Source of the DNA: Candidatus Latescibacterota bacterium
Lineage (GTDB): Bacteria; Latescibacterota; UBA2968
Length of the DNA: 16,910 nt
Direction of reading: 5' to 3'
Assembly: GCA_038279365.1 (NCBI GenBank)
Contig: JAYODI010000106.1
Span: 1-16,910 of the forward strand
Shown: positions 8,901-16,155 of the stretch, one piece after another
Layout: every line of letters starts with the position of its first letter
Numbering within the stretch: the stretch's first letter is position 1
The notes under the pieces: generated by a model
The model's database searches: none
Seen by the model: the letters and a program-made list of their open reading frames with translations, nothing else
What the model was told of the DNA's origin: nothing
Translations under genes and position numbers: made by a program

Positions 8901-9047
8901 CGGCGTCCGTTGGGGATTGCGGTGGTGGGTGGGTTGTTTTTCTCTACGTTTTTGACGTTGGTGTTGGTGCCGGTTTTGTATACGCTTTTGGCGCGGTTCA
9001 CCAAGGCGGATGTGGTGGCGGATGAACCGGCTCAGGCGGCGGATTAG
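5964..9047 (+). CDS. RND efflux permease, AcrB/AcrD/AcrF (HAE1) family
   Basis: 1027 aa. N-terminal SIRRPV...LPVREYPDID and intact proton-relay motifs GLVVDDAIVVLEN, GLVTKNSILIVE and RLRPILMTS. Confidence 0.97.
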   Translation: MKLSSVSIRRPVLATVMSLTILLFGIIAFTRLPVREYPDIDPPVVSVTTLYRGASPSVVETEITNILEEQFATLEGVKSMTSSSREQGSVITIEFELDRDVNEAANDIRDRVSRVRGQLPREVDDPVIGKVDANAQAIVWLALFSEQYSGLELSEIADRVLKERLQRVPGVGSVIIGGERRYAMRVWLDPLRMAAHGLTTQDIEGAIRLANAEIPGGRVEGDTREFAVRTRGELASPEEFGSIIVAQSSESQVRLRDVARVEIGAENERSLARWNGKPAVGLGIVKQSKASTLEAAQAVRDALPELEGLLPEGMSLNVAYDSSTFIQESVEEVGQTMLIAMVLVVVVVLLFLKSFRATLIPTVAIPVSIIGTFAMAYFAGYTINILTLLALVLAIGLVVDDAIVVLENVYRHMEMGKSRMQAAFDGTQEIGFAVVATTVALVAVFVPVAFLTGSVGRLFNEFGISIAVAVIISSFVALSLTPMLCSRILKPLHGDANSGWASRSFDAFFEGLNRLYEGTLRVVMRVRWLMIGVALLMVGVSVYLFGLLPRELVPTEDRGIGFGIVIAPEGATLEYTDRYMKEVENRLLPLPERRGLFTAIGLSFGGPGQVTNGIVFLPLKPRDEREKSQQQIVGELFPQMISIPGVLAFIISPPSLGGRFNSNPVEYVLQADSYETLNQAVGVMMAKAGELGYLINLDTDLRLNKPQLDISIDRKRASELGVSVTDIGTTLETFLGGRVVTQFKRGTKQYDVIVQMTPSARATPDAIAGIYLRGAGGLVQLANVVQVSETVAPKELNHFNRVRSATLSANLAPGVDLGTALDALDRIAETDLPGGVKRELDGQSREYRSSSNALYFMFLLAIVFIYLVLSAQFESFVHPMTILLSVPLAVFGALVSLFVFGQSLNIYSQIGLIMLVGLVTKNSILIVEYANQLRAQGREVMVAVVEAATIRLRPILMTSFATIFGVLPIAIGLGAGAEARRPLGIAVVGGLFFSTFLTLVLVPVLYTLLARFTKADVVADEPAQAAD

Positions 9048-9065
9048 ATAGGGTTTGGATAAAAT

Positions 9066-9102
9066 AAAAAGCCTCAGTGTATTTGATACGCTGGGGCTTT
9101 TT
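9066..9102 (+). terminator. Rho-independent terminator of the efflux operon
   Basis: AAAAA-GCCTCAGTGTAT-TTG-ATACGCTGGGGC-TTTTT: a 12-bp stem with two G-U pairs on the + strand, then a U-tract, 18 bp after the stop codon. Confidence 0.88.
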
Positions 9103-9174
9103 GTTTGCTTGGATGAGGGAGTGGATGTATATATGGAGATTTGGTTTGGGTGTCAATTCTTTGTTGGGTATATG

Positions 9175-9363
9175 ACTTTTACTTTGTTTGCCTTCGGCGA
9201 CCTACTTTTGTAACGACACAAAAGTAGGCAAAAAGTCGCCCCTCAAGTGCCGGGGAGGCTGATTTTCCACAAATACCCATTGTGGGTACACAAAGTGAAA
9301 TAGCCTATCACTTGAGAACGTATTTATCAAATTCATAGCTGAACGGATTGGCGTGGAAAATCA
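9175..9363. repeat. Structured intergenic palindromic element (dispersed repeat/MITE-like or ncRNA, unclassified)
   Basis: Perfect inverted repeats: CCTACTTTTGT/ACAAAAGTAGG (9201-9211/9218-9228), GGCGAC/GTCGCC (9196-9201/9235-9240), CTCAAGTG/CACTTGAG (9242-9249/9309-9316), TACCCA/TGGGTA (9274-9279/9283-9288), TGATTTTCCAC/GTGGAAAATCA (9260-9270/9353-9363). Confidence 0.6.
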
Positions 9364-9409
9364 TGATCGTTTGGTGTGATTTGTTAATGGAATGGCGTGA
9401 GGTGATTTT

Positions 9410-10171
9410 ATGCGTGAAACTTTAAAAAATAAAGATGTGGGGGGGCGGAAGGGGTTTCGGTGGCGTGGAGGGGATGTGTCGCGGATTGAAGGGTTTAGTG
9501 ATGCGGTGTTTGCTTTTGCGTTGACATTGCTGGTGGTGTCGTTAGAGGTGCCTCGGAATTTTGAGGGCTTGGTGCGAACGATGGAGGGGTTTCCGGCGTT
9601 TGGGGTGTCGTTTGTTTTTTTGATGGGGATATGGTATGTGCATTATACATTTTTTAGGCGATATGGTTTGGAAGATGCAACGACGATGGTGTTGAATGCT
9701 GTTTTGATGTTTGTGGTTTTGTTTTATATCTATCCGTTGAAGTTTTTGTTTACATTGTTGATTAATGGGTTGTTGCTCAATGGTGTTTTGGGGTGGGATG
9801 TGCATGTGGGGATTGATTTTCAGGGTTTGGATATGTCGGCATTGATGCTGATTTATGGGGCAGCATTTTTGTTTATTTTTTTAATCATTGTGTTGTTACA
9901 TGTACATGCTTTGCGTCAACGGGAGGTGTTGGCGTTGAATGATGTTGAGGTGTTTGAAACGTATGATGCCATTTTTGCCTATGGCATTTGTGTTGTTGCA
10001 GCTGTGTTGTCGATGGGGATTGCTTTGTTGGGTTGGAAGAGCAACAGTCCGTGGTATCCCATGTTATCGGGAATGACATATGCTTTGATTGGACCCGCTC
10101 AGGGGCTGTTGGCTTATTTACGCAGCAAAAAGAGAGATGCGTTGATGTTGTCTGATGGTGTGGGATTTTAA
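9410..10171 (+). CDS. TMEM175-family (DUF1211) non-canonical potassium channel
   Basis: Signature RxxxFSD motif (SRIEGFSDAVFAFALTLLV), W-x2-H-x2-FF in the second helix and about six hydrophobic helices. RBS GAGGTG. Confidence 0.9.
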   Translation: MRETLKNKDVGGRKGFRWRGGDVSRIEGFSDAVFAFALTLLVVSLEVPRNFEGLVRTMEGFPAFGVSFVFLMGIWYVHYTFFRRYGLEDATTMVLNAVLMFVVLFYIYPLKFLFTLLINGLLLNGVLGWDVHVGIDFQGLDMSALMLIYGAAFLFIFLIIVLLHVHALRQREVLALNDVEVFETYDAIFAYGICVVAAVLSMGIALLGWKSNSPWYPMLSGMTYALIGPAQGLLAYLRSKKRDALMLSDGVGF

Positions 10172-10204
10172 TTTGGTTAAGACAGGTATTTATTGGGAGA
10201 TGAG

Positions 10205-11674
10205 ATGGCTGATCGTCCGAATATTTTGTGGTATTGTAGTGACCAGCAGCGGTTTGATACGATTGGGGCGTTGAATAATCCACATATCAACACACCGCGT
10301 TTGGATGCGTTTATGAAGGAGGCGGTGACATTTACACATGCGTTTTGTCAAAGCCCGATTTGCACGCCGAGTCGGGCGAGTTTTTTGACGGGGATGTATC
10401 CGAGTGCTGTGGGTGTGACGCAGAATGGGAATCCGTTGTTTCCTCGGCATTATGAAGATCGGTTGGTGACAAAGCGATTGGCAGATGTGGGGTATGATTG
10501 TGGGTTGGCGGGGAAGTTGCATTTGTCTACGGCGGCTGAGGGGCAAGAGCCACGGGTGAATGATGGGTATCGGTATTTTCAGTATAGCCACGATCATAAG
10601 GGGCCACGACGATATGGGCATGATTATGCCGAGTGGTTGCGTGCTCAGGGGGTAGAGCCGGATGAGATGATGGCGACGCCAACGGATATCAAGACGTATT
10701 TGGAAGGGGCGAAGCAGGCGCGGTTTGGGGGGATTAAGGAGCCGACAGAAGAACACGATAATTTTCCACCGCATTTGCATCAGACGCATTGGTGTTCGGA
10801 AAAGGCGATTGAATTTATTGATAAAAATCGGCATGAAGGTCAGCCGTGGTTGATGAGCATTAATCCTTTTGATCCACACGCACCGTTTGACCCGCCGTAT
10901 GAATATTACAAACGGTATGATGCAGATACGTTGCCTGGGGCGCATTTTGAAGATGGCGATTTGGAAACGCAAAAGCGGTTGGTAGATGCGGGGATTGATT
11001 TTCAGTCGGAGCCCGAACATCCTGAGGCGCGTGATCACAAGGTGATGCAAGCGGCGTATTATGCGATGATTGAGTTGGTCGATTTTGAGTTTGGACGCAT
11101 TTTGGATCATTTGGAAAAGACAGGTGAGCGTGAAAATACGATTGTGATTTTTATGAGTGATCATGGCGAGATGTTGTGTGATCATGGATTGGTGCTCAAA
11201 GGCTGTCGGTTTTATGAGGGGTTGACGCGGGTGCCGTTGATGATTTCTTGGCCGGGGCATTTTGGTGAAGGGGTGGTTTCTGATGCGCTGGTGGAGTTGA
11301 CCGATTTGGTGCCTACGTTTTATGAAGCAGCGGGTGAAGAGATTCCCTATTGGGTGCAAGGGAAGTCGTTGATGCCTGTGTTAAAGGGTGAGGCCACTGA
11401 GCATCGTGATTTTGTGCGGACAGAGTTTTTTGGTGCCATTGCTTATCCCGATCAGACACATGCGACCATGTATCGCGATAAAAAGTGGAAGTTGGTGCGC
11501 TATCATGGAAAAGCGGTTTGTGAGTTGTACGATTTGGAGAATGACCCGTGGGAGCATCACGATTTATCAGAAGATCCTTCTTATAAGGAAGTGTTGTTGG
11601 ATTTGATGCGGAAGAGTTTTGATGCGACGGCGTTGGCGTATGCCAAAGGGCAACCGAGGAAGAATCATTATTAG
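10205..11674 (+). CDS. Cys-type S1 sulfatase, no signal peptide
   Basis: RPNILWYCSDQQR, CTPSRASFLTG, GKLHL, DPHAPFDPP, FMSDHGEM and ELYDLENDPWE. GGGAGA precedes ATG 10205 (the ORF track starts at TTG 10193). Confidence 0.94.
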   Translation: MADRPNILWYCSDQQRFDTIGALNNPHINTPRLDAFMKEAVTFTHAFCQSPICTPSRASFLTGMYPSAVGVTQNGNPLFPRHYEDRLVTKRLADVGYDCGLAGKLHLSTAAEGQEPRVNDGYRYFQYSHDHKGPRRYGHDYAEWLRAQGVEPDEMMATPTDIKTYLEGAKQARFGGIKEPTEEHDNFPPHLHQTHWCSEKAIEFIDKNRHEGQPWLMSINPFDPHAPFDPPYEYYKRYDADTLPGAHFEDGDLETQKRLVDAGIDFQSEPEHPEARDHKVMQAAYYAMIELVDFEFGRILDHLEKTGERENTIVIFMSDHGEMLCDHGLVLKGCRFYEGLTRVPLMISWPGHFGEGVVSDALVELTDLVPTFYEAAGEEIPYWVQGKSLMPVLKGEATEHRDFVRTEFFGAIAYPDQTHATMYRDKKWKLVRYHGKAVCELYDLENDPWEHHDLSEDPSYKEVLLDLMRKSFDATALAYAKGQPRKNHY

Positions 11675-11841
11675 AGGCAGGTGATGGGTAAATGCTAGGA
11701 TGCGATCATTGTGGGTACAGGCGTTGCAAGACCCACTCTGTGATATCGTGATTAACAGAAAACGCCTATCAGTTGGTATTATTGAGGGGCTTAAAGATGA
11801 TGGTGCATTAAAAGTTAATATGTGGATATTAAGGGGGCAAT

Positions 11842-12501
11842 ATGTCTCAGGAGTCGGCTGTTTTTAGATGTGTTTATCGTGCAGAACTAAAACCGCATGT
11901 GGATGTGACCGCAGGTGTTGAACGGGTTGAAAAGCTTGCAGATCAAAAAGGCCCTCTTTTAACAACGAGTCTTTTTCAGTGGCAATCATCGCTTTTTATT
12001 TATGCAGAAACGGTTGGGGTGGCTTTTTCGGTTGAAGATGCGTTGGACGATTTGGATGGTTGTCTACAAGCTTGGCCGGGTGGGTTATTAGATGTGCGTT
12101 ATTGGGTGCCGATGATGGATATTTTTCATTATAGCAAACCACAGGGCGTGGATCATTGGCGGCGAAAAACACCTGTTGAAAAGCCCTTTGCACGTGTGAT
12201 TCGGTTGCGGCCTGAAAAGGTGAGCAGTTATATTTTTTATCATTACCAATTGCAAGAAGAACGCCCCGGTAGAGGGGATAAATATGGGTTGATAACCATT
12301 CACGAAGATTTGCTTTTCTTTTATCAGGAACAACCGCGTGTTGTTGAAGAATCTCCTGCGGGACCGTCTCTTGAAACGACGAATACACCACCTAACTGGG
12401 GTGAATTGATGAGCCAGCATTTTGCGCCTTGGTCGGATCCGGGTGAGCCAGAATGGCGGCCTATCACATTGTTGGCTTCTGTTGGGTTGCCTGTGGCGTA
12501 A
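11842..12501 (+). CDS. Hypothetical protein, possibly tandem L-rhamnose-mutarotase (RhaM)-like alpha/beta barrel domains
   Basis: 219-aa ORF with RBS AAGGGGG. The second half (ARVIRLRPEKVSSYIFYH...LLFFYQE...WGELM) resembles the RhaM pattern by eye. The gene call is solid, but the function is tentative. Confidence 0.6.
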   Translation: MSQESAVFRCVYRAELKPHVDVTAGVERVEKLADQKGPLLTTSLFQWQSSLFIYAETVGVAFSVEDALDDLDGCLQAWPGGLLDVRYWVPMMDIFHYSKPQGVDHWRRKTPVEKPFARVIRLRPEKVSSYIFYHYQLQEERPGRGDKYGLITIHEDLLFFYQEQPRVVEESPAGPSLETTNTPPNWGELMSQHFAPWSDPGEPEWRPITLLASVGLPVA

Positions 12502-12606
12502 CATTCGTGCTCCAAAAAAATGTTCTCATTAGACTTTCAGAGACATTTTCATGTTTTTGTAAAGATATTTAATGGGAGTAGATTTTGAAGCGTTGTTCAA
12601 ATGGAC

Positions 12607-13431
12607 TTATTCATCTTCCCAAAACGCAGCGACAGGTAAATCGAGTAGGCGATATTGTTTTTGGATCGTGTTGATTTGTGTCATTTCATCTGCGCTGAGT
12701 TCCCATCCGAATACTTCTAAGTTTTCTCGTTGTCGATCTGGATTGCCTGATTTTGGAATGGCGACAATGCCTTTTTGAAGCAGCCACCGCAGGGTCACTT
12801 GGGTGGGTGTTTTGCTGTGTACTTTTGCAAGATTTTGAAAGATGGGATCGTTGATGACATCGCCACGCGCAATGGGGCAGTAGGCGGTGAGTGTGATTCC
12901 GTTTTCATTGCAAAATGTAAGTAGGCGTTCTTGGTTGAGGTACGGGTGGTATTCTACTTGGTTCATGGTGATGGGTATGTCTGTTGCGTCTAAGGCGCGT
13001 TTAAGGCGGGCGATGGTGAAGTTGGCGACGCCCATATTGCGAATTTTGCCGTCTTTTAACAAACGACCAAAGGCGCGAAATGTGTCGGCGAGAGGGATGT
13101 CTTCATTGGGCCAGTGGATGAGGTATAGGTCGAGGTAGTCGGTGCCGAGTTCTGAAAGTGCGCGGTCACATTCACGAAGCACAGCATCGTGTTGTAATGA
13201 ATCGCGCCACACTTTGGAGGTGATCCACACATCGGTTCTGTCTATTTTGGATTGGCGCAGTGCTTCACCGACTTCTTTGTGATTGCCATACATGGCGGCT
13301 GTGTCTAAGTGGCGGTATCCCATTTGTAAAGCGGATTGCACAGCCTTTACACCTGATGAACCTTGTAATTTAAATGTGCCCAAGCCCAATTGGGGTATTT
13401 GGGCTCCGCCTGTTAATGTTAAAAATTCCAT
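12607..13431 (-). CDS. Aldo/keto reductase (AKR5, 2,5-diketo-gluconate reductase-like)
   Basis: IPQLGLGTF, GYRHLDTAAMYGN, ITSKVW, YLDLYLIHWP, NQVEYHP, AIPKS and RENL, with the D-Y-K-H tetrad present. AGGAG precedes ATG 13431 (the ORF track starts at 13461). Confidence 0.95.
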   Translation of the reverse strand: MEFLTLTGGAQIPQLGLGTFKLQGSSGVKAVQSALQMGYRHLDTAAMYGNHKEVGEALRQSKIDRTDVWITSKVWRDSLQHDAVLRECDRALSELGTDYLDLYLIHWPNEDIPLADTFRAFGRLLKDGKIRNMGVANFTIARLKRALDATDIPITMNQVEYHPYLNQERLLTFCNENGITLTAYCPIARGDVINDPIFQNLAKVHSKTPTQVTLRWLLQKGIVAIPKSGNPDRQRENLEVFGWELSADEMTQINTIQKQYRLLDLPVAAFWEDE

Positions 13432-13540
13432 TTTTATCGCTCCTGTTTTGGTGTTGCTCATATATTAATTGTGGTAATACTGAAAAAGTTGTAATATTTA
13501 TGTCATTAATTTGGATATTATTTCAACTTTGGGACGGTTT

Positions 13541-14767
13541 ATGTTTAAAAAATGGTTTGTCGGTTTTGATTTGCGCGAATACAACCCCAATGTGCAGCGG
13601 TTTTATTTGTTTGCCATTCCTATTTTTTCGGGAATGGCACTTTTTGTGTTGTTGCACAATTTGTATTTGATTCGTTTGGGGTATCAAGAGGATTTTATTG
13701 GTCAATTAATTGGCTTGTTTTCACTTGCCTCGGGTTTGGTGGCGATTCCTACAGGGTTTTTAAGTGATCGCTACGGCCGAAAGCCTTTTCTGATTGGTGC
13801 GTCACTGTGTGTAACGGTGTCGCATTTGGGGCTCTGTTTTGTGACGGACAGCACGATTTTGTTGGTGCTGTCGTTTTTGGGTGGTGCTGGTGGTGGGTTT
13901 ATCTTTGTGAATTTTATCCCATTTTTGGCCGAAAATGCGTCTCCAGAACGCAGGGCACAGGCCATTGCCATTTGGATGTCTATTGGGGTGATAACCCGAA
14001 TGGTGGTGAACTTGTTGGGCGGTGCTTTGCCCGATGTGATGAGTTATTTTACGGGGATGTCCACAGATTTACCAGAGCCTTTTCAATATGCGTTGTTATT
14101 TGGTGCGGCGTGTTCGTTTGTTTCTATTTTCCCATTGTTGGGGATGCAATCCAACACACCCAAACACAAGTCTGAAGAGGAAGACGATCAATCGCCCATT
14201 CCTTATAAGAACCTTGCAACATTTGCGACGATCAGTGCTTTTAGAGGTTTGGCAATGGGTTTGTCATTTCCATTTTTCAATGTGTTTTTTCAGGAAGAGT
14301 TGGATGTTGCAACGGCTGTGATTGGAACCGTTTTTTTTGCAAGTATGGTGTTGGGGTTGCCTCTTACGATGTCGGCACCGGGTATGGCACGTCGGTTTGG
14401 TACCACGCTGACCATTGTACCTTTACGCGCCTTGGGTGCTGTGGCGTTGACGTTGATGGGACTGTGGCTGAATTTCCCACTTGCGGTGGCTTTTTTTCTG
14501 ATTTCAACAGCGGTTGAATCATTGACCACACCCACTGAGATGACATTTGCAACCAACAGTTTGTCACGCCCCTATTGGGGGCGTATGCAAAGCTTGCGGG
14601 TGACGGGTTTTCAATGTTTGTCGGCCATTGGCAGTATTTGGGCGGGTTTTTTGATTGTTGAACACGGTTATTGGGCCGCTTTTGCACTGGCTGGTTTTGC
14701 ACGCTTAGGCAGTGCGCTTACATTTTTAATTGTGTTTGGATATCAGAAAACGTCGCAAGAAGTGTAA
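13541..14767 (+). CDS. Major facilitator superfamily transporter
   Basis: About 12 hydrophobic segments in two halves, motif A (GFLSDRYGRK), ASPERRAQA loop and a charged central linker. Start is ATG 13541 or TTG 13511. Confidence 0.92.
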   Translation: MFKKWFVGFDLREYNPNVQRFYLFAIPIFSGMALFVLLHNLYLIRLGYQEDFIGQLIGLFSLASGLVAIPTGFLSDRYGRKPFLIGASLCVTVSHLGLCFVTDSTILLVLSFLGGAGGGFIFVNFIPFLAENASPERRAQAIAIWMSIGVITRMVVNLLGGALPDVMSYFTGMSTDLPEPFQYALLFGAACSFVSIFPLLGMQSNTPKHKSEEEDDQSPIPYKNLATFATISAFRGLAMGLSFPFFNVFFQEELDVATAVIGTVFFASMVLGLPLTMSAPGMARRFGTTLTIVPLRALGAVALTLMGLWLNFPLAVAFFLISTAVESLTTPTEMTFATNSLSRPYWGRMQSLRVTGFQCLSAIGSIWAGFLIVEHGYWAAFALAGFARLGSALTFLIVFGYQKTSQEV

Positions 14768-14772
14768 GCCGT

Positions 14773-16140
14773 TTATTCGGTCCAGACATTGACACCGTCA
14801 CAGCCAAATGCAGGCACCAAGACAAAGTGGTCTTCGGTTTCGATGAGGCGATCACACAACATTTGGTGATGAATGGCAATTTCGTCGCGGTAAGCAGGGT
14901 CGTCGATGAGGTTGTGTTTTTCACCTGGATCGCGTTCTAAATCGAAAAATTGCCACGGATGCCCGCTCATGTTTGTGCCTTTGACGGTGTATTTGTATCG
15001 GCGTGTACGAAAACCGCGCCAAACTTCGTCATAAAAGGGTTGGCGCTCGCGTAGTTCGGCGACAAACTCTAACAAAACCCCTTCGCGACTTAAGCGATCT
15101 ATTTCACCGTGGATCAGTGGGGTGAGATCTGTGCCTTGCAGTGGATTTTGGGGATGTAAACCTGCCAATCCTAAGAGTGTGGGAAAGAGATCTTCTGTAC
15201 AGGTGGGGTCGTCAATTTCAATGCCACTTCGGTCATTGACACGTGGGTCCCATATGATAAGTGGAATGCCGACCGATTCTTCATTGGGGCGTTGTTTGGC
15301 GCGAAAGCCATGTGCGCCACCCATTTCTCCGTGATCGGCCACAAAGATGACCACCGTGTTATCAATTAAGTTTTCAGCATCTAAAAACGCCATCAATCGG
15401 CCCATATTGTCGTCTAAGTTTTCGACCATGGCATTGTAGCGTTTGCGGTGCAAAATGAATCGAGCACGTGCTTCGGGATTTTCAACGTCAAAGTTGTCGG
15501 GCAGGGTAATGTCGCGATTTTCCCAAGCCGTTTGTAATGCTTCAGGTGCTTCAAATGGGTCGTGGGGAGGTTCCACAGAGATGATCATCGAAAAGGGACG
15601 TTCGTCTGTGCGGCCCTTGACATAATTCATGCCCAAATCAAAGAGGCCATCTGTTTGATAGCCTTCTATTTTTTTGGGTATGGGATCATCGTCTTCAAAG
15701 TAGCAGGTGTCAAAGGGGCCGTTGCGCAATTCAAACCCGTACCATTTTTGCCAACGGCCTTGTTGTGATCGGCGCACGGGTGTGCGGTTGACTTGCACGG
15801 CAGAGCCTAAGCGCCCATGTCCACCATCTAAGTGCCATTTGCCCACATAAACGGTTTCATAACCAGCATCGTTAAATTCATCGGCCAAGGTGCGTTCGGC
15901 AGGTGACATGGCATATTCGATGCCAGGCACTTTACGGGTGTGGGCATATTCACCAGTCATGAGCGTGAAACGAAAAGGCACACAAATGGGGTATGTGGAA
16001 CAGGCATTGGTAAATCGGATGCCTTTGTGTGCCAGTGCGTCTATGTTGGGGGTGCGGGCATCGGGGTCGCCATAAATGCCCAATGCATGTCGGCGCAGTT
16101 GATCGCTTAAGACCATAATGATGTTGGGTTGGTTTGCCAT
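14773..16140 (-). CDS. Cys-type S1 sulfatase, no signal peptide (paralogue of 84..1415)
   Basis: QPNIIMVLSDQLR, CVPFRFTLMTG, GKWHLDG, PPHDPF, FVADHGEM and FFDLERDPGE. RBS AGAGAGG. Confidence 0.93.
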   Translation of the reverse strand: MANQPNIIMVLSDQLRRHALGIYGDPDARTPNIDALAHKGIRFTNACSTYPICVPFRFTLMTGEYAHTRKVPGIEYAMSPAERTLADEFNDAGYETVYVGKWHLDGGHGRLGSAVQVNRTPVRRSQQGRWQKWYGFELRNGPFDTCYFEDDDPIPKKIEGYQTDGLFDLGMNYVKGRTDERPFSMIISVEPPHDPFEAPEALQTAWENRDITLPDNFDVENPEARARFILHRKRYNAMVENLDDNMGRLMAFLDAENLIDNTVVIFVADHGEMGGAHGFRAKQRPNEESVGIPLIIWDPRVNDRSGIEIDDPTCTEDLFPTLLGLAGLHPQNPLQGTDLTPLIHGEIDRLSREGVLLEFVAELRERQPFYDEVWRGFRTRRYKYTVKGTNMSGHPWQFFDLERDPGEKHNLIDDPAYRDEIAIHHQMLCDRLIETEDHFVLVPAFGCDGVNVWTE

Positions 16141-16155
16141 GGGTGACCTCTCTTT

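Noticed and set aside
3308..9047. Assigning specific gene symbols (acrAB-tolC, mexVW, mdtABC) or calling the pump a heavy-metal exporter
   Set aside because: Family-level motifs are clear, but orthology cannot be established without a search. The TM4 sequence VVDDAIVV is HAE1-type rather than CzcA/CusA-type.
9240..9365. c-di-AMP (ydaO/yuaA) riboswitch upstream of the K+ channel
   Set aside because: The context is attractive, but the conserved GCYGAAUC, GGRGGAAC and GUCAGCUAAC segments are not present in order. Only a vague AGCTGAAC similarity exists.
12502..12606. Bidirectional terminator between the convergent hypothetical and AKR genes
   Set aside because: Only weak, AT-rich imperfect stems (AAAATGTTCTC...GAGACATTTT; TTGAA...TTCAA) are present.
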